From the NCBI GenBank assembly GCA_015523565.1, contig WAKA01000077.1, positions 1 through 15,364 on the forward strand: a DNA stretch of 15,364 bases. The letters are read 5' to 3'. A model generated the notes under the pieces. That model saw nothing but the letters and a program-made list of their open reading frames with translations. It had not been told where the DNA came from and did no database searches. Position numbers and translations under genes: made by a program. Positions 7,467 through 15,364 of the stretch are shown piece after piece. This DNA comes from Candidatus Heimdallarchaeota archaeon (GTDB lineage Archaea > Asgardarchaeota > Heimdallarchaeia > Heimdallarchaeales > Kariarchaeaceae). How positions within the stretch are numbered: the stretch's first letter is position 1; each line of letters opens with the position of its first letter.

Positions 7467-7578
7467 TAAGTGCTTAATCAGTGGTCTATGAAATAGAACC
7501 GTTAAATTATTTGTCAAATGTAAAATAATTCTTTAATCTTAGTACATAGTTTGTTTTTGTATACAATTGATTACAAAT

Positions 7579-10500
7579 TCATTCCATTTTTTTTCCTGAT
7601 GTTTTACCATTGATTACTTTCCTTCTGTGGAATGATAGAAGCAGTATTGTAAATGCAAAAGCCATAATCATAATGATATGTTCAATAGGTGAGATTCGTT
7701 TGTTTGAATTTGTTGAAGATGTCTGATCGTCATTATTTTCAGTTGTTGATTCTGTTTTTCCTGAAACGGTTTTTGTAGTTGTCTTGGTTAATGTTATTAT
7801 AGAACTTGATGTGTTTTGCTCTTTTGGAATTTGAATTTGAACTTCATCAGATGGAGATCCTTCACCGAATTCATTTACTGCCCTGACAACATAAAAGTAA
7901 ATATTTCCTGGTTTTACACTTGTATCAACAAAATTTGTTGTGGTAGAAAAGCCGATATAGACATATCCATTTCCTAAAGATCTGTAGACATGATATTCCA
8001 TGATTCCCGATTTTCCTGTAGATAATGGTTCTTCCCATGTTAATACAGCAAATGAATGTTCAATGGAGGTCTCAACATTGATTGGTTTGCTTGGGGTTTT
8101 TGTTTCGTGTGTTTCTGTTTGATTCAATCCAGCATCAATAATTATCCAATTGTATGTTTCAATGATGTATTGTTTATTGAATTGGTTAAATGCAGAAAAA
8201 GTAGTGTTTCCAGCGTCGAATGTTACATTGAATTGAAGGGTTAGGCGGGACCATGTCCATAGCATATAATCATAAAATCGGGTTGACAAAGTCACATATG
8301 AGAACATTCCTTTCATATTGCTTACTGAGCTTATTTTCCAAGAACCAATGGGTTGATTAAATTTTGTAGCATTATAGAACATATATGACATATTTTGAAC
8401 ACTTGACACATTCCAGAAGTTAAGTGGTTGATTGAATGATTTCGCATTATAGAACATATGGGACATATCCTGAACACTTGACACATCCCATGAATTGAGA
8501 GGCTGGTTGAACAAAGTAGCATTTTCAAACATATGGGACATGTTTTTAACAGAGGAAACATCCCATGCATTAATATTTACATTGAAAAGTTGTGTTCCTG
8601 CAAACATGCCAGCCATATTTATAACAAATGATACATTCCATCCACTTATGTCTGAATTAAAAACAGGATTGTTTGCAAACATCCAATCCATTGTTAGAAC
8701 ATAATGAACATTCCAATTGCCAACATCTTGTTGAAATGCAATTGCGCTTTCGAACATGTGATCCATATAATTTACTGAGGAGACATTCCATGATGCTAAT
8801 GGCTGGTTAAATGAGACTGCATTTTGAAACATATAAGACATATCTGTTACAGAAGACACGTCCCATGATGCTAATGGTTGATTAAATGAGACTGCATTTT
8901 GGAACATATACGACATATCTGTCACAGAAGACACGTCCCATGATCCTATATACTGATTGAATGAGGTTGCATTGGCAAACATTGCACCCATTCTGATTAC
9001 AGAAGACACGTCCCATGATGCTAATGGTTGATTAAATGCGATTGCGTTTTGGAACATTTTATCCATATAAACTACAGAAGACACGTCCCATGATCCTATA
9101 GGCTGATTGAATGAGGTTGCATTGGCAAACATTGCATCCATTCTGATTACAGAAGACACATCCCATGACCAAATGGGTTGGTTAAATGAGATTGCGTTTT
9201 GGAACATTTTATCCATATAAACTACAGAAGACACATTCCAAGATCCAATAGGCTGGTTGAATGAAACTGCACCAGCAAACATCTCTCCCATATGAACTAC
9301 AGATGATACATCCCAAGCCCAAATAAGTTGATTGAATGAGATTGCACCTTGAAACATATGTGCCATATTTGTTACTGAAGATACATCCCATATTATGAGG
9401 GATTGGTTGAACGAAACAGCATTTTGAAACATTCCAACCATATTAATTACAGATGAAACCTTCCATCCTCCAATGTGTTGGTTGAACATAGTTGCATTAA
9501 AAAACATTTGAGACATATCTGTTACAGAAGACGTATCCCAAGACCCAATAGGTTGGTTGAATGACTTTGCATTAAAGAACATTGCGTACATGTTGGTTAC
9601 AGAAGACGTATCCCAAGATCCAATAGGTTGGTTGAATGAAGTTGCACCAAAGAACATGGAAGACATATCTGTTACAGAAGATACATCCCATGAACCAATG
9701 GACTGGTTGAAGGAGGTAGCATATTGAAACATATAACTCATATCCGTGACAGAGGATACATCCCACGAGCTTATGTCTTGGTTGAAAGATTTTGCTCCTG
9801 CAAACATAGACGACATATCTGTCACAGAAGATACATCCCATGAACTAATTGATAGATTGAAAGATTTTGCTCCTGCAAACATGGAAGACATGTCAGTTAC
9901 AGATGATACATCCCAAGATTCTATATTTCCTTGATTTCCCCAATTTTTTACATTTCTAAACATGCCTGATAAATCTGTTGTTCCATTAAGATCCAAGGGG
10001 TCAGTTGCAGTAATAATAAGGTTTTCTGCATTTTCAAAATAATGTCCACGATTCCCCAACTTTAAGTTTCCCCATTGCGATATTTCAATAATTTTAAGAG
10101 AACTTGAAAACCCATAATTACTATAAAAAAAGTTCCATCCAATAATTGTACCTGTAATAACAAGTGTATAAATTCCTGGAGAAGCATATGTATGTGAAAT
10201 TTCACGGGAGTTGTATGTTGTAATTGTAGAACTTGTACCATCGCCCCAATCAACAACAAAGTTATATGTTCCATCAGAGACTAAGGGCAGTTTAATATTG
10301 TTTTCACCCAAGTGAAATCTGTTTCTAACAAAACTTGTGTTCCAAGTAGAAACAAATGCCCCTGCTGGATATGTGACAACAGTTTTCTGGTTTTTATTTT
10401 TCTGTTCCTGTCTCTTTACTAATTCTTTTGTGGTTTCTTTTGTATGGCTCCTTGAATTCAAAATATTTTCTTTTGAATGTGAATGCTCAAAATTCAGATT

Positions 10501-10677
10501 GTGAATGACAGAGTTCCTTTCAACGAAAGAGGAACTTTGTTCTGAAAATGAAAGATGCCGCTTATCTGAAGATTGAAAATTCAATTTATATTCAGCTTGG
10601 TTATTTATCGGTCTACTATGTAATGGAAATATAAGTAGACCAATAGTCAAAATCAAAATTAATTTGTTCATGCCCAT
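7579..10677 (-). CDS. BspA/DUF285-type repeat surface protein: signal peptide, PKD-like domain, 25-aa repeats, fibronectin type III domain, Ser/Thr linker, C-terminal membrane anchor
   Basis: N-terminal [16 protein letters not shown]; [10 protein letters not shown]...HTYASPGIY (PKD-like); [25 protein letters not shown] repeats; LTWEEP...YHVYR...[14 protein letters not shown] (FN3); hydrophobic tail followed by HRRK. The second ATG (10671) may be the true start. Confidence 0.93.
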   Translation of the reverse strand: MGMNKLILILTIGLLIFPLHSRPINNQAEYKLNFQSSDKRHLSFSEQSSSFVERNSVIHNLNFEHSHSKENILNSRSHTKETTKELVKRQEQKNKNQKTVVTYPAGAFVSTWNTSFVRNRFHLGENNIKLPLVSDGTYNFVVDWGDGTSSTITTYNSREISHTYASPGIYTLVITGTIIGWNFFYSNYGFSSSLKIIEISQWGNLKLGNRGHYFENAENLIITATDPLDLNGTTDLSGMFRNVKNWGNQGNIESWDVSSVTDMSSMFAGAKSFNLSISSWDVSSVTDMSSMFAGAKSFNQDISSWDVSSVTDMSYMFQYATSFNQSIGSWDVSSVTDMSSMFFGATSFNQPIGSWDTSSVTNMYAMFFNAKSFNQPIGSWDTSSVTDMSQMFFNATMFNQHIGGWKVSSVINMVGMFQNAVSFNQSLIIWDVSSVTNMAHMFQGAISFNQLIWAWDVSSVVHMGEMFAGAVSFNQPIGSWNVSSVVYMDKMFQNAISFNQPIWSWDVSSVIRMDAMFANATSFNQPIGSWDVSSVVYMDKMFQNAIAFNQPLASWDVSSVIRMGAMFANATSFNQYIGSWDVSSVTDMSYMFQNAVSFNQPLASWDVSSVTDMSYMFQNAVSFNQPLASWNVSSVNYMDHMFESAIAFQQDVGNWNVHYVLTMDWMFANNPVFNSDISGWNVSFVINMAGMFAGTQLFNVNINAWDVSSVKNMSHMFENATLFNQPLNSWDVSSVQDMSHMFYNAKSFNQPLNFWNVSSVQNMSYMFYNATKFNQPIGSWKISSVSNMKGMFSYVTLSTRFYDYMLWTWSRLTLQFNVTFDAGNTTFSAFNQFNKQYIIETYNWIIIDAGLNQTETHETKTPSKPINVETSIEHSFAVLTWEEPLSTGKSGIMEYHVYRSLGNGYVYIGFSTTTNFVDTSVKPGNIYFYVVRAVNEFGEGSPSDEVQIQIPKEQNTSSSIITLTKTTTKTVSGKTESTTENNDDQTSSTNSNKRISPIEHIIMIMAFAFTILLLSFHRRKVINGKTSGKKME
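8341..9915 (-). repeat. Intragenic coding tandem repeat, 21 x 75 bp (25 aa), plus a partial 22nd unit
   Basis: Trp codons recur at a 75-bp period from 9915 to 8340; all 21 units are 25 aa, with no indels. Confidence 0.95.
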
Positions 10678-10866
10678 TAATTGAACAATGTTTAAATAAA
10701 TATTTTGATTTCAGATTAAAAATAATTAAAAATGGTCAATAATTTCTACAAAAATAATAATGAACCATACAATAACTTTAATAAAAATAGTTGTTTTGTA
10801 TTTTCATTTATGTATATTTGTCCATGCATTAAAAAACCAAATATTATGCATTTTTTCAATTTCTCC

Positions 10867-11421
10867 CTAAAAATCCATTTCAATTATTTGGACATGCTCA
10901 GCAAGTTGAGAAAAATCTAATTCTTTCATTGAATGTTTTCTTTTGTCATATCCAAAAAATTCTTTTGCTGCTTTTGGATATTTCATTGTATATTCCTTGA
11001 ATATCTTTATTTTTGTATTGATATCATTAACGATCTTGAATCTTGGTTTTTTCCAAAAAAAGTGGTGTTTGACCATGAATTCGTCAGGGTATGCAAGTAT
11101 GTTTTTGAACCAATGAGCTTTTTTGCCCCTTGCCGCGAAGATATAATACTTCCCGTCAAATTTTCTGTATTCAAGTGGTGTATACCTGATTTTTCCACTT
11201 TTTCTTCCTTTTGTCCTTATTAGGACAAAGAAAAATCCCATTCCAAAAATTGGAAGTATATTTAGACGGAATAAAGGGACGACAAAATATTTGTTCATTT
11301 TTTTGAAAAGTGAAATTTTCTTGTTTCCCGATTGGTTGTTGTGCATGATTTGATAAATAAGGCTTCCTTTGGTTGGTAATTTTATTGTCTCTTTCTTTTC
11401 GTTGTCTTTAATTTCATTCAT
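10867..11421 (-). CDS. Deazaflavin (F420)-dependent nitroreductase-family oxidoreductase (Ddn/DUF385-like)
   Basis: LIRTKGRKSGKIRYTPL and AARG...HWFKNILAYP match the TxGRKSGxxRxTPL and WxxNLxAxP motifs of this family. Confidence 0.85.
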   Translation of the reverse strand: MNEIKDNEKKETIKLPTKGSLIYQIMHNNQSGNKKISLFKKMNKYFVVPLFRLNILPIFGMGFFFVLIRTKGRKSGKIRYTPLEYRKFDGKYYIFAARGKKAHWFKNILAYPDEFMVKHHFFWKKPRFKIVNDINTKIKIFKEYTMKYPKAAKEFFGYDKRKHSMKELDFSQLAEHVQIIEMDF

Positions 11422-11528
11422 GCTTAATTATTTGTTTAAATCATTCATTTGTTTATCTGATTAAAACTGAATTTTTGTTGTCAGTAGTTACTCTTTACTG
11501 AGTTTCTAAATTTGACATAATTTAGGTA

Positions 11529-14500
11529 TCAGAAATTTATTTTCCTTTTTCTTTTTTTGACAAAAAAGATTTGTATGGACAATATCAATACGACAGAGAA
11601 AGTTGGGAAATATCCATCGTCTTTATTGGTTGTTTCACTTGAAGATGATGAAATTGTTGTAGATGAAGTAGTTATTGGGGATGATATGCTGGAAGTGGTG
11701 GTTGTTTCACCGAAGGAATTGAAAACAGTAAATGTTCCATCAGTTATGTCTTCTGCTGTCAGTCCATTCCCGTCATCAGCCACGATTTTCAGAATGTATT
11801 GACCATTGTCAATAATTTCTGTGTTCCATAAGTAACTTGTTCCAGTCAATCCAGAAACTATCAAGTTCCAGGTGGATCCATTGTTATTTGAAAGATATAA
11901 GGAATAAGTAACGGAATGTCCTAAACTGTCCAGAGAAGCCTGCCATAAAACAGTCACTTTGGAAGACAGGTTTTCACCTCCGTTTGGTGAGACAATTATT
12001 GGTACAGAAAGGGTATGGAGGTTTGCTTGCCCTTCGTTATAGATATTGAAGACATTTGAGATGAATTCAGATGTCAGAGTTCCGTCTGTTGCAACAATTT
12101 TCAATCTATATTGACCATTTGGAAGGCTTGTTGTATCCCAATCATAAGTTTGGCTTGAAATACCAGATACAATTTGTGTATATGTTTTGCCGTTATCTGT
12201 CGAATAGGAGATTGTATAGGTTACAGGATCGTATTTTGTATCAAAAGCCCTTCTCCAACCAAGTGTATAAACACTGCTGACATTTGAAATGGGAGGAAAT
12301 GATACAAAAGGTGCTTCTAAAAGAAAATGATCCATATAGCTTAATGTTGGGGGAATGAGTAAAGGGGAATTGTCCTTTGTTTTTGCGCTGCCCGCTCCTT
12401 CATATGGGATATCTCCAACTTGATTGCTGTCTGCATCCTTGTTGAATGGAACTGCATCATCCCAATAATTTGAGGAAAAAGTGTTGTTGGATCCGTCATC
12501 CTTGAATTGTGATGTATATAGTAAGCTATTGACTGTAAAAATATTGTTGGTGAATAAGTTCCCATTTGCACCTGCGACTATTTCAACTGCATAAACATTA
12601 TTGTGATGGTAGATCAGATTGCTTTCAAAGTTGTTTGCAGTTGTTGAAGTTCCATTTAATACAATTCCTGCCATAGCATTGTCAGAAATCATGTTATATG
12701 AGACATAATTTTTCATGCTTTTGTAGAGATGAATTCCAAAGATGTTTGTTTTGGAAATTTTATTGGATGAGATGATAACTGATTGAACTTCATTTAATTG
12801 CAATCCATATTCTCCACCCAAGATTTCGTTCATGTAGATTACAGAATTGTTTCTGCCTTCAACATTCTGCAGATAAAATCCTTCCTCAATGGAATTCAAA
12901 ATTTTATTTGCACTAATCTCTGAGTTGACTAGAACTGTGTAAAATAGGACAATCCCACTTTTTGCACTATAAATTTCATTTGATGAAACATTGGCATTTT
13001 CAATGATATCTTCAATGAAGATACCTGTTTCTTCTGCTTTGAATATTATATTATCTATAACATCAGTAAAATTGACAAAATTCAGGTAAATCCCTGTAGG
13101 TGCATCCATTTTTGATGATTGGGTAATGGTTACATTATTCTTGGCTACATTTATGAATCTTGAGTTTTCCATGGAAATTCCATAAAATCCCGAAATAATG
13201 GCATTTGAGTTGACAGTTACATTGTCACTTCCGATAATGTTGATGGCTTCATATGTCGTATCAATGGCATTGTCTTTAATCAGAATTTTTTTCGATTTGG
13301 AAAGGTGAACGAAACTTGAAAATTCTGCCTGGGTTTTTGACTTTTCCTCATTGTTTGTGATATTGAGCATTTCAGATTGAATACTATAAATGCCCGTTAG
13401 GTTATTGTCTTCAAAATAGGAATTTGTTATAGTCGTATTGTAAGCCCATTCAACTTTTGTTCCATTGGTGTTTCTTTCAACAAATGCATTTTTTATTATA
13501 TTTGCAAGTCCATAAGTATACAACACATGAAGACCCAATTCCAAGTTGTCTAAAAATGATGAAAAATATATTGTATTATTGTCTCCTGCATAAATTACCA
13601 TTCCTATCCTATTTTCAGATGCAATAACCTGGGATGCAGTTAGATTATGGGTATATCTCAAGTAAAATCCGGTATCAAGATTTCCATTTGCTTCCAACAA
13701 GGACAAATAAATATTGTTTACAAACGATAGGTAAAAGCCATGAAGCGAATTGTTATTTGCATACGTTGTCATGATCGTATTGTTGTCTGACCTCAAATAT
13801 ATTCCATATTCTTTGTTGAAATTAGCGGAATTTGAATAGAGGTTGTTTTGCACACTATTTGCATAAGTATGGTCTCTGATATAAATTCCAGATTTGACAT
13901 TGTTGTTTGCAGCATTGCCATAAATTTCACTTTTTTGTATGCCACGTAAGTACAGGCCATATTCTCCATTGTTGTTGAAATTATTGAGTGCAATTTCCAA
14001 TGAGATCATATATTCTGCATACAAACCACTTTGGGTGTTTTTTTCGACAGTGTTTTCTGTAATGGATATATTGACGGGAGTTTTGACAAAAGAGGAATAG
14101 AAATAAAGATAAATTCCACTTCCACCATTCTCTTGAATGACATTTTGGCTTATATTGCTATTAACCATGCTTGCAAATGCATAAATTCCATGTCCAATAT
14201 TATTGTAAATTGAATTCCTTGTCAAATTTGCTGGTGAATAGTCTGTTGAATAAAGTCCTTTAGTGACAAGAATGCCAGACCCTTGGTTATGGGCAATTGT
14301 ATTGTTGTTGACAATGGTATATCCAGCGTTTCCATGGGGAACACCTTCATTGTCCAGTAATATTCCCGTTCCAAGATTATAGGCGATAGTATTGTCTGAA
14401 ATAGTTATGTTTGAATGTGTATTTTCAACAACAATTCTTCCTTCATCGCCGATTGAAAGGGTGTTGTTTGCCATGTAATTGCCTATAACAGAACTATTAG

Positions 14501-15364
14501 ATGTACCACTTAGCATGACAGCCCGTTTTGTATTCCCTTTCGTCATGTTGTTGTCCTTGATTATGAGAAATTTGGAATACTCATCATAGATGTCGGAACT
14601 ATAGGAATCATATAAGTTTTGATCAGAATATGCAAGTCCAGTTCTTCTCATCACATTCTTTTCAATCAAAATGTTTCTAGAATTTGATATTTTGAAATTG
14701 GCATATTCTGTATAATCAAAAGTATTTTGCATGAAGCTGAGATTGTAACTTGAGATTATTTCAATGGCAAATCCTTTGGTATTGTTGAATACATTGTAGT
14801 CAAACACTATGTTGCTGACATTTTCAAGCCATACCGCACTGCTAAAGCTTCCAGTGAAATTTATTATGTCATTTGCGGAAAACATGACATAAAGGTTTGA
14901 ATTTTTAAGATAAATTGGTCTATGCGTTGCATTTTCAGAAATTGCATATGATGAAATAACTATTGGATCTGTTTTGGTTCCTGTACCTAACCAACCGAAT
15001 TTTGATTGCAATTTCAGCAATTCATCATTTGATGTCCAAGCAATTGGGTCAGAAGTAATGGCATTAAGGCTTGGAGTTGAAGATTCATGATTTTTCATAG
15101 TCTCCAATCTTTTTAGCGCCCAGTCACTGATTTGTTTTGGATTTTCAAGTTCTTGACGTTTCAAAGAAATGTCAATTGACCTTGAAGAAGTTGTGGCTTT
15201 CTTTTGTAATTGGTCATCTTTATTATCTTTCTTATGAAACGAAGTTTCACTTCCAATTCCGATATTTTCGTTCCCATTGTCTTGTAAGTTGACAGGAATT
15301 GCCAAATTTTGATTTAGTGAAGAAAATACAATTATTAAAACAAGGAATGAAAATAATATGTACC
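11529..15364 (-). CDS. Large cell-surface protein with right-handed parallel beta-helix (NosD/CASH-like) repeats, two tandem Ig/FN3-like domains, Ser/Thr linker and C-terminal anchor; 5' end lies outside the window
   Basis: The frame stays open past the listed TTG 15305 to the window edge (..YILFSFLVLIIVFSSLNQNLAIPV, a signal-peptide-like core). GTGTKTDPIVI motif; many N-x-I-x-x-N...GIxL coils; NYWDD...DADSNQVGDIPY...DNSPL cap; tail FSVVLILSIQIFFVKKRKRK. Confidence 0.92.
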   Translation of the reverse strand, partial: YILFSFLVLIIVFSSLNQNLAIPVNLQDNGNENIGIGSETSFHKKDNKDDQLQKKATTSSRSIDISLKRQELENPKQISDWALKRLETMKNHESSTPSLNAITSDPIAWTSNDELLKLQSKFGWLGTGTKTDPIVISSYAISENATHRPIYLKNSNLYVMFSANDIINFTGSFSSAVWLENVSNIVFDYNVFNNTKGFAIEIISSYNLSFMQNTFDYTEYANFKISNSRNILIEKNVMRRTGLAYSDQNLYDSYSSDIYDEYSKFLIIKDNNMTKGNTKRAVMLSGTSNSSVIGNYMANNTLSIGDEGRIVVENTHSNITISDNTIAYNLGTGILLDNEGVPHGNAGYTIVNNNTIAHNQGSGILVTKGLYSTDYSPANLTRNSIYNNIGHGIYAFASMVNSNISQNVIQENGGSGIYLYFYSSFVKTPVNISITENTVEKNTQSGLYAEYMISLEIALNNFNNNGEYGLYLRGIQKSEIYGNAANNNVKSGIYIRDHTYANSVQNNLYSNSANFNKEYGIYLRSDNNTIMTTYANNNSLHGFYLSFVNNIYLSLLEANGNLDTGFYLRYTHNLTASQVIASENRIGMVIYAGDNNTIYFSSFLDNLELGLHVLYTYGLANIIKNAFVERNTNGTKVEWAYNTTITNSYFEDNNLTGIYSIQSEMLNITNNEEKSKTQAEFSSFVHLSKSKKILIKDNAIDTTYEAINIIGSDNVTVNSNAIISGFYGISMENSRFINVAKNNVTITQSSKMDAPTGIYLNFVNFTDVIDNIIFKAEETGIFIEDIIENANVSSNEIYSAKSGIVLFYTVLVNSEISANKILNSIEEGFYLQNVEGRNNSVIYMNEILGGEYGLQLNEVQSVIISSNKISKTNIFGIHLYKSMKNYVSYNMISDNAMAGIVLNGTSTTANNFESNLIYHHNNVYAVEIVAGANGNLFTNNIFTVNSLLYTSQFKDDGSNNTFSSNYWDDAVPFNKDADSNQVGDIPYEGAGSAKTKDNSPLLIPPTLSYMDHFLLEAPFVSFPPISNVSSVYTLGWRRAFDTKYDPVTYTISYSTDNGKTYTQIVSGISSQTYDWDTTSLPNGQYRLKIVATDGTLTSEFISNVFNIYNEGQANLHTLSVPIIVSPNGGENLSSKVTVLWQASLDSLGHSVTYSLYLSNNNGSTWNLIVSGLTGTSYLWNTEIIDNGQYILKIVADDGNGLTAEDITDGTFTVFNSFGETTTTSSISSPITTSSTTISSSSSETTNKDDGYFPTFSVVLILSIQIFFVKKRKRKINF

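Noticed and set aside
8941-9240. Diversity-generating retroelement template/variable repeat pair
   Set aside because: Both copies are in-frame within one gene, mismatches are not confined to adenines of one copy (e.g. CCT/TAT, TGG/GCA), and no reverse transcriptase is present in the window.
7546-10801. Imperfect direct repeats flanking the BspA-like gene (atagtttgtttttgtat near 7546 and atagttgttttgtat near 10787) as target-site duplication or att sites
   Set aside because: Low complexity, needs two indels, AT-rich background, and no recombinase or transposase nearby.
11481-11501. Hairpin TCAGTA-N9-TACTGA as an intrinsic terminator of the beta-helix gene
   Set aside because: Only a 6-bp, AT-rich stem with no adjacent U-tract on the coding strand; too weak to call.
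57-14213. Numerous short alternative-frame or antisense ORFs (e.g. 1227-1544, 1940-2167, 2823-3119, 3755-4051, 9572-9841, 10732-10920, 10933-11223, 11557-11802)
   Set aside because: They overlap well-supported genes or very AT-rich spacers, carry no recognisable motifs, and are best explained as shadow ORFs.

Overview
AT-rich, gene-dense prokaryotic window, most likely archaeal and plausibly an Asgard (Heimdallarchaeia-like) genome. That assignment is an inference from protein architectures and from TATA-like boxes about 20-30 nt upstream of apparently leaderless starts; no search was run. The left part (1-6731) is a tightly packed, strand-alternating set of ordinary genes: a small membrane protein, DUF423, a class I/II PLP aminotransferase, a macrodomain ADP-ribose hydrolase, a ~9-TM membrane protein, a TrmB-family regulator, a PHP phosphoesterase, a cupin and a CxxC/His hypothetical protein. 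The right part (7579-end) is all on the minus strand: a BspA/DUF285-type surface protein with 21 full 25-aa repeats, an F420-dependent (Ddn/DUF385-like) oxidoreductase, and a 5'-truncated giant beta-helix (NosD-like) surface protein. Between the two parts lies the most unusual element: a 611-bp, strand-asymmetric, apparently non-coding satellite (6856-7466) of 82 contiguous 7- and 8-bp units, consensus (T)TGGTGYA, with nested higher-order duplications, next to the CxxC/His gene. No rRNA, tRNA, CRISPR array or transposase was recognised.
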